Shown here: one piece after another, positions 23,119 to 34,769 of the stretch | How the letters are laid out: each line of letters opens with the position of its first letter | Position numbering within the stretch: the first letter of the stretch is position 1 | Source: Schizochytrium sp. TIO01 | Taxonomy: Eukaryota > Protista > Bigyra: Labyrinthulomycetes | Length of the DNA: 64,000 nt | Direction of reading: 5' to 3' | Assembly (NCBI GenBank): GCA_004764695.1 | Contig: SMSO01000035.1 | Coordinates: 1,116,001 to 1,180,000 of the forward strand | Translations under genes and position numbers: made by a program | Notes under the pieces: generated by a model | What the model was told of the DNA's origin: nothing | The model's database searches: none | The model's input: the letters and a program-made list of their open reading frames with translations, nothing else

Positions 23119-23479
23119 GTATTAAAGAGCAACTGTGAATATTTCTATGTGCTGAGCAGCAGGTGCTAAGAAATTTCATAAAAATAGATCTTCACGTCAG
23201 GATGGGTTTCATGATTGTTTTGTATACAAAGCCACTAGAAGACTTGGAGAAGAAAATTAAAAAGAAGAAAAACAGCTTATTAGTTACTTACTTTGATCAA
23301 AATCTTCGGGGTAGGGCCTCAAAAGACTCGGACTTGGTATGGGCACCACTGCCAAATCCAGATACTTATCGAAGCATGAGGGGGGGGAAGGTCGTCTAGT
23401 ACTACAGAATAAAGAAGGGAATATTCTTAGTTGTGTAAATTTGAAGCAGGTTTCAGAGTGGCACACATGTTCTATATTT

Positions 23480-26400
23480 TCAGGGAACAGCGGAGGCCGT
23501 GGCCGTGGCGTTACGACTGTAGCGGTTCTCCATATCCTCAAGCGAAAGCTTAGTACCAGTGCTCCGCTTGGTGTTCCATGTACGTTTGCTACGTGCTGAG
23601 GAGTCACCTGCAGGGCTGGTAGCAATACCACCAGCGCTTCGCAAACTTGAACGGCGAGAGTTTGCAGAGTTGGACGACATGTCAGCATCAAGAATTGCTT
23701 CTATTTCTTTTGATACAGATGCAAGAAGATTGTCACGGGCATCCTTAGATGCGCAACCAACACGGAATTTCTCGATACAGGTGGAAACCTTATCTGAGAT
23801 CGATCCGCCCATATTCATTTTGGCCACGCTCCGTGTTACCTGTGTAAGTTGCAGGTAGGAATCGTCACCCGGGACAGGCTTAGCATCACACTTGTGCAGA
23901 TCGACAGCATGGTGGAGCTTATAAGAAGGCTCAGTGCCACTGTTACGCTTGCGTAGCTCTGCCAAGAGAAGCAAGTCATTGAACAAAAACAACATCATCT
24001 CCTGTGGCTTACTGTCATGAAACGGAGCCTTGACGACTTGCACCTCGTGCTCAGACACGAAGCGGCGATGGGGCTCTACAATGGTAATCTCACATCCAGG
24101 ATCAAAGCGCAACTGCTTGTAGATTTGTAACATCCGGTCGAGATTTTCGGCGTCATTAACCTTTTTGTTTACCTGTGCAGCGATTGCCTCTACTGCTTCC
24201 ACAGCGCGATTGAGCTCCTCCCTCGCGTTTGCGTCAATGGAGGCGTCTTTGAGAGACTTTACAGCGTCCTGCAAGCTCCGCATGAGCAACGGATACTTGC
24301 AAATGCGCTGAACAGGCTTAATGAGCAAGCTCTGCAGAGAACTGTGCTGGTTTTCAGGTCTTGCCTCCCTTTGTCTAAGTACGCTGTCAAGCTGTTTGTT
24401 TGTCTCGCGACACATGACCAACTTGGCGAGAGCACTTGCATAACGATGGCAGTAGGTAGAATAAATTTTAAGAAAAGGAAGGATAATCTGTAGCTCGTGC
24501 GTAAACATGCCTACCACTTGCTTCAAAGTGCATTCCTCCGCATCCTTCAACTTCTGAATCCCGTTGCGCCAGCTATTAAGCAGCTCTGCGTTGATCTTCA
24601 GAAGGCCTTCGGCATTTAGAAAGATGGCTTGCTCTTCCTCGGACTCGAGCAGAGGTCCGACGCTAGAACCTGCGCGAGCTTGGCGAAGTGGCAGCATATA
24701 TTCGCCAACAATCTTTCGCAAATCGCACACATAGTTATTTTCAGTTTCAAAAATTTCACGAAGGACAGAAATGGTCTTCGACATACCCTTTCGTTGACTT
24801 TCATCAGTCTCTTTGGCCAAGGTTTCATCAAGGCGGGAAAACACCGCATCAACGTCAGCTTGATCAGCTTCAACAACCGCGTCCTTGTAGCACGCTTCAA
24901 GCTCTTGCAAAGATAGCAAACGTGTCGTACCCATAGACGTCTTGCGTCGGTCCAACTTGGCAGCCCAGACTCGTTGCCCACTGCGTTGACCAGCAGCGGT
25001 TGAGCTCGCGTCTGCGCCTGAAGCAGCTGATGCGCTGTCTTCACGGACATGACTAACCCCGCTAGTTCGGCGTTGTGATGCTGGGCTTAAAGATGCCGCT
25101 GAAGTCGTATCATCCTGAGAGCTTGAGGTTGCCGATCCTGTACTAACCTTCCGGGGTCGCTGCTTGCCCGCTTTCTTTGCCTCTCCTACTGCCATCGTTT
25201 CGGCAGTGCGCTCGAAGGATATGATAAGAGGGCGCGGAAGGCTCTTGATGATTTCTACAACTTGGTCCCAAGTAGCTTCTGGCGGCACTTGATTTTTACC
25301 TACAGCTGTGACACGGTCTCCAAGCGTTACACCGCCACGCTCTGCAACACTTAGAGCCGCGACACAAGCAACCAAGACACCTTTGGGTTGACGACTGTTT
25401 TCTAGGGCAATGCCCAGTGGACCTGCAGGGAATTCAACGTCAATGTTCACTGTGCCGCCGGTTTTTTCATCGGGCTGAATGATTGGGGTAGACTCGTAAC
25501 GAGATTTCATCAAATCAAGAGACATTTTCTGCTGCTCAGTAGAGTGGTTGCGAGTGTGGTGAGTAGCGTGTGCGGGTGGCTCAGCAACAGCTGAGTCATT
25601 GCTTACTGTTGCTGCAGCAGCGGCAGCGGCTGCAGCAGCGGCCGCTGATGCCGAAGTAGACATAGCATTGGGCTTCACACTATCCGAGGCCGAAGCAGCA
25701 GTCTGTACAGAAGCCAGGGCACTGCCGTCACCAACAGCTGATGCAGTTTCTAAATTGGTGCTAGAACGTACAGATGCAACGCTGATAGCATCGCTGTTGT
25801 CATTAACAGAGGCTTGACTACCTTGGCGTAGGAGACTGTGTGGTAGAGAGTTGCCATCTATGCTACTGCGCAACCCACGAGGCTTCCTAGCTGCCCATGC
25901 ACGAGATTTCCCGCGATTAGGAAGCTCCCGCTTTTCGGCGTCCTGCTCGTCAAGCTTATTTGCAGCGGTTTCAATTGTGTTCATCAATGAAAAGGCATGG
26001 GCCTCATTATCGCACCAAACTTCAAAACGCTGAATTAATGTAGTGGGACGAGGTCCAGATGCGTTAGAGTTCTGTCCAGTGGTACCATTACGCTCTATGC
26101 GACGAAGCTCAAATGCATGGCGGCCATCTTCGTCAATCACTTTCAGCTTCTTCGCGCCGCGACACTCCTTGAGGTTAAAGGTATGTGTTACTTTGGCAGT
26201 TGTTTTGCCTTTGAGTGTGGCTAGGGTACCAACAAAGCCGCCAATGCCACTATTCCTGCCCAAGGTACCCTTTTTACCCAACGTTCCTAGGGTCCCCCCA
26301 CCTTGCACACGAGCGAAAATCACAAGATCATTAAATACGTAAAGACGATATCGTTGACGCTTGTTTTCTGCGTAAGGCGCTTCGCGCATGAGAATATCTT

Positions 26401-27850
26401 CCATGCGTACAAATCGACGCGATGGTGTGACCAACCCTGGGCAGCCGGCTTCAGCACCGAGTTCATGGTAGACACGCATGACGTGGTCTTGGTTCTCCGC
26501 GTCACTGACTTTGGTATTTACCATGTCAGCAATGTCCTGTACGACTTTTTCTGCGTGACATAGCTCATTAACGTGCTGGTGAAAATCGGTATCTTCTTCA
26601 CGCATAGCAGCAATCTTATTCATGTGATTGAGTAATTCCCGGAACAAGAGAGGGTACTTACAGATACGTTGAACAGGCTTGATAAGAAGACTTTGCAAAG
26701 AAGCCTGCGCATTCTTTCGCCGTGCTTCACGTCGCTGAAGAAAGTTGCCAAGCTCGCGGTTTGTTTCTCGAAGAACGCTTAGCTTCTCCACAGCTGCATT
26801 GTACTGGTGGCAGTAGACCCAATACATTTTGAAGAAAGGCACAACACGAACAAATTCCTTTGCGAAAACACCAGCAACCTCACACAAAGACGGAATCTCT
26901 CCATTTCGGCTGATAAGGAGTACTCCAGATTGAAGGCTCATAAGAAGCTCGGCGTTCACCTCGAGGATGTTCTCTACGTTGTTAAAAATTAGAGCAAGGT
27001 CCTCAGAGCTCATCAAACGTTCTCCTCCATCGCTTCTGACAGCCTCACGTAGGGGTTGAATGTACTCTGACACGAGCTTGCGCATATCCTGTACATAAGT
27101 GCGCTCTGTATCTAGAAGCTCTCGGAAGACCTTGATACTCTGGACTTGGTCCTTGCTTTGGCGCGAGCTAGCTGTTGAGCTTGTGGCCGAGCTAGACTCA
27201 CGACCATTGCCACCAACCCACATGATCATGCGCTCGAAAACTGCCGTGGTCTTAACACCATCCATTAGTGAGGTTTCATCATCGTAAAGAGTGCCCATGG
27301 ATGGTCCGGAGCGAGTAGATTTGGCAGACATTGAGTGACTAGCAGAACCAAAAAGATTTCTGCTCGATGAGGATGATGAGGAGGAGGATGATTGCCGCTG
27401 ACATGCAAGTTTGGATTCAACGTCGTGGTCATCTTCAACCGGAGGTATACTTCGCGAAGATCCTTGTAGTGATTCTGGCTTGCCAGAGGCTACCTTCCGG
27501 AGAGCTTCAGCAAGCTGGATAAAGATTTCGTCTGTAGCGCAAATGAGAGGTGTCGCGGACGGGAGGCTTGGATTAAGGATAATCTCACGCTTTCCGGCAT
27601 CAAGATCAAACTCTAGCATTCCGGTTTCGATCCACACAAGTTCAGGCTTGCGCCTTGAGAAGGTGGACTTTTTGCGCAGCTGCGAGAGCAACAAGACGTC
27701 CGAGCACACGAGAAGGTGAATGTCATTTTTCTTACGGCTCGTGAGTTCGGCTGTCTCAAGGATGAGTTTTCGTCCAGGCTTGGCTAAGTCTCCAGGTGGG
27801 CATCGTAGCAGGCGTGCCCACTCCACGAGTTCCTGATCCCGTTTAGCCAT
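23480..27850 (-). CDS. Rho guanine-nucleotide exchange factor: PH-like, DH-PH, PDZ, DH-PH
   Basis: Two DH domains (ELLDTERTYV and EIFETENNYV, both with SLQSLLIKPVQRICKYPLL), each followed by a PH domain (YVFNDLVIFA, FLFNDLLLLA). Central PDZ: FPAGPLGIAL...GVTLGDRVTAVG. Confidence 0.92.
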   Translation of the reverse strand: MAKRDQELVEWARLLRCPPGDLAKPGRKLILETAELTSRKKNDIHLLVCSDVLLLSQLRKKSTFSRRKPELVWIETGMLEFDLDAGKREIILNPSLPSATPLICATDEIFIQLAEALRKVASGKPESLQGSSRSIPPVEDDHDVESKLACQRQSSSSSSSSSSRNLFGSASHSMSAKSTRSGPSMGTLYDDETSLMDGVKTTAVFERMIMWVGGNGRESSSATSSTASSRQSKDQVQSIKVFRELLDTERTYVQDMRKLVSEYIQPLREAVRSDGGERLMSSEDLALIFNNVENILEVNAELLMSLQSGVLLISRNGEIPSLCEVAGVFAKEFVRVVPFFKMYWVYCHQYNAAVEKLSVLRETNRELGNFLQRREARRKNAQASLQSLLIKPVQRICKYPLLFRELLNHMNKIAAMREEDTDFHQHVNELCHAEKVVQDIADMVNTKVSDAENQDHVMRVYHELGAEAGCPGLVTPSRRFVRMEDILMREAPYAENKRQRYRLYVFNDLVIFARVQGGGTLGTLGKKGTLGRNSGIGGFVGTLATLKGKTTAKVTHTFNLKECRGAKKLKVIDEDGRHAFELRRIERNGTTGQNSNASGPRPTTLIQRFEVWCDNEAHAFSLMNTIETAANKLDEQDAEKRELPNRGKSRAWAARKPRGLRSSIDGNSLPHSLLRQGSQASVNDNSDAISVASVRSSTNLETASAVGDGSALASVQTAASASDSVKPNAMSTSASAAAAAAAAAAAATVSNDSAVAEPPAHATHHTRNHSTEQQKMSLDLMKSRYESTPIIQPDEKTGGTVNIDVEFPAGPLGIALENSRQPKGVLVACVAALSVAERGGVTLGDRVTAVGKNQVPPEATWDQVVEIIKSLPRPLIISFERTAETMAVGEAKKAGKQRPRKVSTGSATSSSQDDTTSAASLSPASQRRTSGVSHVREDSASAASGADASSTAAGQRSGQRVWAAKLDRRKTSMGTTRLLSLQELEACYKDAVVEADQADVDAVFSRLDETLAKETDESQRKGMSKTISVLREIFETENNYVCDLRKIVGEYMLPLRQARAGSSVGPLLESEEEQAIFLNAEGLLKINAELLNSWRNGIQKLKDAEECTLKQVVGMFTHELQIILPFLKIYSTYCHRYASALAKLVMCRETNKQLDSVLRQREARPENQHSSLQSLLIKPVQRICKYPLLMRSLQDAVKSLKDASIDANAREELNRAVEAVEAIAAQVNKKVNDAENLDRMLQIYKQLRFDPGCEITIVEPHRRFVSEHEVQVVKAPFHDSKPQEMMLFLFNDLLLLAELRKRNSGTEPSYKLHHAVDLHKCDAKPVPGDDSYLQLTQVTRSVAKMNMGGSISDKVSTCIEKFRVGCASKDARDNLLASVSKEIEAILDADMSSNSANSRRSSLRSAGGIATSPAGDSSARSKRTWNTKRSTGTKLSLEDMENRYSRNATATASAVP

Positions 27851-28505
27851 CAGTCTTGTTTGCAGCTCCTAGCGGCTACTTTTACCTTCGAGCCTTGACA
27901 AGCAAAGCCAAACTTAGTTTGCAATCAGATAAGCTCTACACCTCGGCTGTTGGTGGAGTCCTCGCAACACAGCAGCTCGTTGGTTAATCAAAGGCGTTCT
28001 CAAGGTCGGAGAATATTCAACTTTCTTGAACGTCACCACGGAAACTCTAAAAACAAGGAAGTATCAATCTTCAACAAATTCAATCACTGTACTCCACGCT
28101 CAAGGGAATAACCTGAGTCTGGCCTTTGAGCACGTAATGAGCCTGTAGACGTATGCTCGACAATGTAAGTGCAATTTGTGAATCGCTTAAGTCAAAGCTC
28201 AACTGCAAGCAAGCAGTCACAGTCAGTACGCAGACCAGAGTGTCAAGCCTAGTAGTAGAATTAACAGACAGTTCTACGTGAAGATGCTTTGCGTAGCTCC
28301 GATGCCACGCAGCTTCTCTTTCCTTCTTGATGAGCTTGAGGTCGGTCCTGTGGTTCTTATAAAGGTCACAATGGCGAGCAGGCCGGCAGATAGTTGCCCT
28401 CCTCGGGCCCGTTTGCAGCCGCTCAGGACCGCGAGTCGCGGTCGCGAACCCGATCAAATTATAAAGCACCTCCGGTCGCTGCGCAGAGCGGAGTGGAGCT
28501 GACCG

Positions 28506-28541
28506 GAATGGAATGAAGTGGAGTGGAGTGGAGTGGAGTAG
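28506..28541. repeat. (GGAAT/GGAGT)n pentamer microsatellite
   Basis: ggaatggaatgaagtggagtggagtggagtggagtag, upstream of the RhoGEF gene. Confidence 0.7.
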
Positions 28542-29506
28542 AGCAAATGCAACAAAGCAAAGCAAAAGCAAAATGACCAAAAAGAAAGAGGAAGAATGAA
28601 AAAGAAAAAGAAAAAGAAAATATAATTATAAAAACCACTGTAACTATGGGGGGAAAATAAAAATTGTAAAAGAGCAAGCCGGCAATCCTGGACTCTAGTG
28701 GCCGACCAATTCGCGAGCTTGAGGCAGGACTTCTTAAAGCTGCCGACGCAACGGGCCATCTCAAATATGGTTTCTTTGTGCGATTTCATAACTAGTGAGC
28801 CTCAACTCAGATGCAGAGAGCTCTTTTATTAAAGATGTCTCGCTTTTCCCATCCTTTAATTTACTTCGATTCTAATAAAAAAAACTTTTAAAAAAAAACT
28901 CCTTTCACAACAACTAGCAGCTGCTAGCGTTTTCTCGTAAGGTCTTTCCAATATAATATTCTGAAAGCTAATACATTCCTGTTCTTGTCATCACAAACAT
29001 ATATGTGCAATTTGAGAGTTCGCAAGAACTGGAGAAAAAATACACCTCAAAGGGAAGGAGTCGAAACCCCATAGGGGCGGCTACCAGAGACTTTACGCAC
29101 GGCGAGTCTTTCATCGCTCTTCTCTTGAGTGGCCTTCTTCTCTCGCCAAGTTCTCTCGAGAAGCAAACCTAAATATATCACTCTGTATCATAAACGTTTC
29201 GATACATACACATTCATTCATTCATTGCACCAATTCTTGCGAAGTACCCATGTCTGTAGATATTGCCTGCGCTCAGAAACACTTGAGCCATTGCGGAGAA
29301 CAAAGTCTGGCTGCCCACCACACGAACGGGGGAGGAGGAGGGCCGTCGAAAAGAGCAAGCAAAGAAAGGAGAGGAAAGCCACGCTGGAGATGCGGGCGTT
29401 CGTGCGGAGAAGGCTCTTGACAATCGATCACCTTCCACGGCAATCTGTAGCTTGGCAAAACAGAGAAATCTGCTCGATTGCCAACTTCGAAAGAATTTTT
29501 TGTTTT

Positions 29507-29766
29507 GTTTGTTTGTTTGTTTGTTTGTTTGTTTGTTTGTTTGTTTGTTTGTTTGTTTGTTTGTTTGTTTGTTTGTTTGTTTGTTTGTTTGTTTGTTTGT
29601 TTGTTTGTTTGTTTGTTTGTTTGTTTGTTTGTTTGTTTGTTTGTTTGTTTGTTTGTTTGTTTGTTTGTTTGTTTGTTTGTTTGTTTGTTTGTTTGTTTGT
29701 TTGTTTGTTTGTTTGTTTGTTTGTTTGTTTGTTTGTTTGTTTGTTTGTTTGTTTGTTTGTTTGTTT
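29507..29766. repeat. Perfect (GTTT)65 microsatellite
   Basis: 260 bp of uninterrupted GTTT. It explains the six spurious CLFV/KQTN ORFs in the track. Confidence 0.97.
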
Positions 29767-30439
29767 CCAAGTTTCAAGTTTCAAGTTTCGAGGCTATTTC
29801 TTATATGTATTTTAGGCTCAAAGGTTGTTTATAAATTAATTTATTTATTTATAAAAATTAACTAACTTTGTTTTTAATTTTGAAAAGAGGAAGGCGAAAA
29901 CTACCTAAACTAACTGTCCCACCCCGGTTACCCAGCCACAAGTGAGTTATAGGATTCTATAAGCCACTTATAGCCCAAACTTTTCAATTGAGTATCAATT
30001 TTAAAGTGAGATATAGAGGCGGAGCTACAGTGAGCTATAGAAACAGTCAAAAAGGCAGTCAGTCTGTCTGTGAGTGAGTCAGTCAGTCAAACTAAAGCGC
30101 TTCGCTGTAACGTCGCTACTGCTCACGAACCCGAGCACATCGACGAGGGATTCGAGGCCCCCGTTGCTTCGCTGACCGTATGCATCCTCGTGCACAACGT
30201 CAGAGCGATGTTTAGTAACCAGGCCTATTCTTGAAGGAGAGTAGTTTGTTAGTCAGGCCTGAAGGTCTGCTCCTCAGGTACGATTGTAAGTAGTAATGGG
30301 GGTGCCATCATTCTCTCAAAATTGCAAAATTGAAGAACCTTCACCTTGCTTATTAGTATAAACTAACACCACCATCAGAAGACAAATGACGAGTTGGGGC
30401 GTTCATTCTTCATCACACGGAAGCCCCGTTCCTGACCGA

Positions 30440-30773
30440 CTGCATGGCGATCGAATCAGCGCCGTTCACCGGGAGATACAAGACTTGCTTGCTTGAGGAG
30501 TGTCGGTGAACAAGAGTCGAAAGCAGGTCTGCAGCAACGTCATTTGGTATGGTTGAATTGCCAAATGTGCTGAGCAAAACAGGCATCGAGAACAATGCAC
30601 GCACAGTAGGTTTGTCTTCCTTTCTGATGCAATGCGGTCATTTGAGAGTCCTTCAGGAGGCGCAATCTTTAAGGGCACACCAAAGATCGGCTTACAGAAG
30701 GCATGCGAGAGCGGGTGCACATTCATTTATGCTCAGTGGGGCTAACGAACTTGGGTACACTATTATGCAGTAG
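30440..30773 (+). pseudogene. Possible decayed ankyrin-repeat fragment
   Basis: Broken frames read EIQDLLA*GVSVN and ELPNVLSKTGIENNARTVGLSSFLMQCGHLRVL, which loosely match the ankyrin LL..G..VN / GH..V consensus. An in-frame stop is present. Confidence 0.25.
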
Positions 30774-31388
30774 TCCACAACGAGCGGACGTTTAACCTTG
30801 GGAAATAAATGGTGCCAAACCAGCCAGCTTGATATAAAGTAATAGGTATTTGAGATAAATGTCTATCATCTGTGACAATGAGATTTGGAAGGTGTCGATA
30901 TTCCAGGGTATTATGCAAATATCGAACAGAAAGAGAGGAAAAAGAGGAAAGATGAAACAATCGAAATTGCTTGAAAGTTCTCTATGTGCTCTGAAGCGGT
31001 AACAAGGCCTGCATGGAGCGCCAGTCTTTCCCTCCATGTTGAGGGTGACGAGCAACCAGTATAGCATGACAGAAGTGAAGCAAATTTTAGTACCTGGATG
31101 GCCGAAAGAGTAATTAAATGGAAGAGATTCAAGACACATTTTGAATATGAGAACTGGACTAGGCGAAACGTTCAGATCTGGACCCATGGCACAGCATGGG
31201 CGCGCTCTTAGAGCACAGATAGACTGCGTCTCCGCTGCTATTGAATAGCCAAGGTCTACTTCAAAAGGCCGCGGTGATACTAGGAAGCAGTGATAAATTA
31301 ATCGCTCATTATTTAAGAAAAATGACCAAGTGTGCACGATTGTTTTCATCCGTGAGATATAACTATAACGTGGAAGAAAACGAGTGAT

Positions 31389-32432
31389 TTAGCTGGACTG
31401 GCGGACGTTGTGGAATACCTTGCTAATGTCATCATCATTTTCAAGAGTTTCCACAAGTTTTTCAAAGGAGGCAAACGTATCCTCGTTGTCTATTGAGATG
31501 GGAATGCGCGGATCGTAAATAAGCTCTGCGTTGTGAGCCTCAAGACCCGCCGAAGTAATCGCTTTAACCGTCGACTCAAAATCAGTCATCTCGCAGACCA
31601 CCTCGACAACAGGCTCGTGCTCTTCCTCTTCCGCAGCAGCAGCATCGTCCTTTGGCTTTTCAAAGTCGCTCTCCTCGGGCATGATCACATCCATAGCACC
31701 AGATTCAATGGCGGCTTCCGCAGCAGCCTCTGCAGCTTCCATGTTGGCAACATTGATGGTAAAGTATCCAACACGTTGAAAGGCGAAGTTAGCAGTGTTC
31801 GCTTCAAGCTGGCCGCCAAACTTAGAAAAGTAATGTCTGACGTTAGGCGCCGTGCGCTTGCGGTTGTCTGTAACAGCCTCTACCATAAAAAGAGAGCCGC
31901 CGGGACCAGATCCCTCATACACAACATTCTCAAACTTCGCGCCATCGTGCTTACCTTCACCGGAGCCAATTGCGATGGCCTTTTCGAGAACGTGCTTGGG
32001 TACACTAGCCTTGTGTGCACGTCGCAGAACAGCATCGAGCGCAAAGTTGGACTCGGGATCACTGCCAGTTGCGGCGGCAATCATGACTTCGCGAGAAAAC
32101 TTGTGATAGAGCTTGTGTTTTTGGGCATCGTTACGGGCCTTCTTGTGCTTGATATTTGCCCACTTAGAGTGGCCCTGTGCATTCGTGTATCAGAATTTCA
32201 CATCACCGCGGAGAAAAGTTATAGTGTAAATTCGCAACCGATTTGTCAAGCAAGAGTTTTGTCAGCATCACGTTGCCAGGCGCCTTTAAAAGTAGAGGAG
32301 CGCAAGGCATGTTTTAGCGCCAAGCCCTCCAAGATTAATCACACTTACCGCCATGCCGCGAGTTTGCGTCTGGGACCACGCAAAGCTGGAGCGAGAGACT
32401 CCAACGGCACGAAAGAGCCCTGTGCGAAGCAT
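31389..32432 (-). CDS. TACO1: TACO1/YebC-family mitochondrial translational activator, ~289 aa; exons 32432-32349 and 32174-31389
   Basis: Exon 1 encodes a presequence-like MLRTGLFRAVGVSRSSFAWSQTQTRGMA. Intron 32348-32175 (GTAAGT...CACAG) joins it to GHSKWANIKHKK. YEGSGPGG, TDNRKRT and VFHN family motifs follow. Confidence 0.92.
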
Positions 32433-33613
32433 ATTTTGAGCTTTTTAAACCCGCAAGACGCGTCTGAGTACAGCCAGATACCTTGACTTATTTGCCGTCC
32501 CTGTTGATATTTTAGCTTTTGCTTTGCTTTGCATTTAGGATCAATCGATATATATACATATAATAGTGCCTACTATTAGGCCCTTTAGCTAAAAGGCTGG
32601 CTACTTGTTTGTGGCTGCTCCTGCGATAGAGAGAATGAGATGCAATCAGTAAAAATAGCGCACGCGAGGAAGTATTGGATGCCGAAGGACAGATAAAATG
32701 ATAAAATGAAAGATGAATTCCACAATGATTAAGGAGAAATTTTATAGGAGAGCGCATGCAGAATATTACGTATGAAAGAGTATAATATGTGGTGTTGAAA
32801 TAGGTTGTTTTAGACATTATAATTAATCTACCTTGTTCGCAGCATGAATGAGTGAGTAAGTTAGAATGATTCACTGTTTTTAGATAACATTGACTTCTAG
32901 TTCTATTTTAGAAAAGCCAGAATTTGAGCTCGAGGTAAGCCACGTTTACATTCTTTCTTTAGGATTTTGTTTCCTCAGATAAATTTAATGTATGCTCTGT
33001 ATGAAAAGCACGCAATGCCTTTGGGAAATAAATTACGGTAAGCCACTAATATAATCATATGTTCGTCAGCTAATACCTCAAAACGAACAATCTATCATCC
33101 TCTTTTTTAATTTACATTCGCTAAAGCCACAGCTCCAAGGCAATTTCCATGTCAAATTTATGTGTATTCTACTCCACCTAAATATAAATTCAATTTTTAC
33201 TTCATCAGAATCATGTCAATCACCCACGCCTATTTCTTTTCTCCTAAGTGACATCTCGCGTGCCATTTCAACCCCCGTCGTGCTCTTCCCAAACGTTCGT
33301 AAATTAGCTCAATCAAGGTATCAGTTGTACCTATTATCCAACTACTTCTACGCGTATGTGCCTGAAATATTAACGAATTTTGAAGGTCTTAAGACTTACT
33401 CCTAGTGCTAATATGCAAGAATAAGGAAGGAGTTCATTTAGGTCTTTTGATAGACCTCTTTGTCTTCAGCGAGTGGCGCCCTTTTCGCCACCAATTAGCG
33501 TCCTCACTATCGTCGCACGCGCTGTAGACCCGCAACCTCTCTGAGCTTACCTAACCTAGGACGTCTTCGTAGACTTGCTTCTATACTTACACACATACCT
33601 TTGCTTCGGAACG

Positions 33614-33829
33614 ATGAGCAGCGGTGCGCAAGGCAGCAACATGGACCAGCAGGAGGCCATGCGCCAGCAGGTGGCCAACTCTCTCGCGAACGGCATCACC
33701 TACGAGTGCGGTGACTGCGCTGCCAAAGTGCAGCTGCGCCCTCGGGACCCTATTCTCTGCCAGAGCTGTGGATACCGCATCCTCTACAAGGTTCGCACCG
33801 CGCGTCTGCAGCAGTACGAGGCCCGCTAA
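33614..33829 (+). CDS. RPB12: DNA-directed RNA polymerases I/II/III subunit RPABC4 (Rpb12)
   Basis: YECGDC...DPILCQSCGYRILYK.RT..LQQYEAR zinc ribbon. ATG at 33614. Confidence 0.95.
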   Translation: MSSGAQGSNMDQQEAMRQQVANSLANGITYECGDCAAKVQLRPRDPILCQSCGYRILYKVRTARLQQYEAR

Positions 33830-34769
33830 AGCTTTCTAACCTCGGCAGCCTTGGATAGTCTAATGGATTCACTGAGGTTCTCCGCTGCGATCGCGATCTT
33901 CAATTTACCATTGCAGTGAATCACAACAAATGACTTAAGATGACCTTTGCGGCCCTGTGGGCTAAAGAGGACATTAATTTGAAGTTCGTGGTCGTAGGAC
34001 TTGCTGGAGATTTCATTCGTCAGCTTCAAGTGCACTCACTGCCTATCGAAGGTGATACTTCAACTCTTCATCATTCATCTATATATGCGTTCGCTTACTC
34101 AATCACTCATTCGCACTTGCATCAGATTATAGCGTTGATGTTTAGAATGGACTGCTTTCATATTCAACTACAGCAGCTATTCTCCGGTATGCGATTGCGC
34201 AAAACAGTACAAGTAAGATCCTCAATGGAGTTTACTCGCGCAAAAAATTAAGCCCTCCCTTGTTCTCGGGCTAAAACGGACTTTTGGCCCCATCACTAGA
34301 GTGGCGCGACCAATGTCTTGCAACTTAAAATACGCCATTCTTCTTCTATTACTACATACTTAACACACATGTTCTCAATCTAATTAAATCACCACTTGCG
34401 CCAGTTATTCATCTTCAACTCTATCTACAAAAGCTTGAGTTGAAGGCAATCCCCCTAATTAGAATTTGCCTTATTCCACGCGATGATGTATGGCAGTTTA
34501 AATGCAAAGTTTTACTTTACTGAATTGTCTCGATAATGTATACTAGTTCAAGCTGTGCATTTAGTTCCCAAATTTATAACGAAATATAAAAAGCTAGCGC
34601 TGGCACTTCCGGTTTAAATTTGTTTGAATGCGTATTGTGCCATCAAAAACATCAACATAACCGCTATAATGTTAGATTTTCCCAAAGGGGAAAACATCCA
34701 GCTTATCTTTTCGAGAGACGTGTGTGTATCCACCGTGGACAGTTTTGTGATTCGATCAGAGAATGACGA

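Noticed and set aside
29129-29865. Six ORFs with CLFV/KQTN repeats
   Set aside because: They are translations of the (GTTT)n microsatellite, which has no stop codon in any frame.
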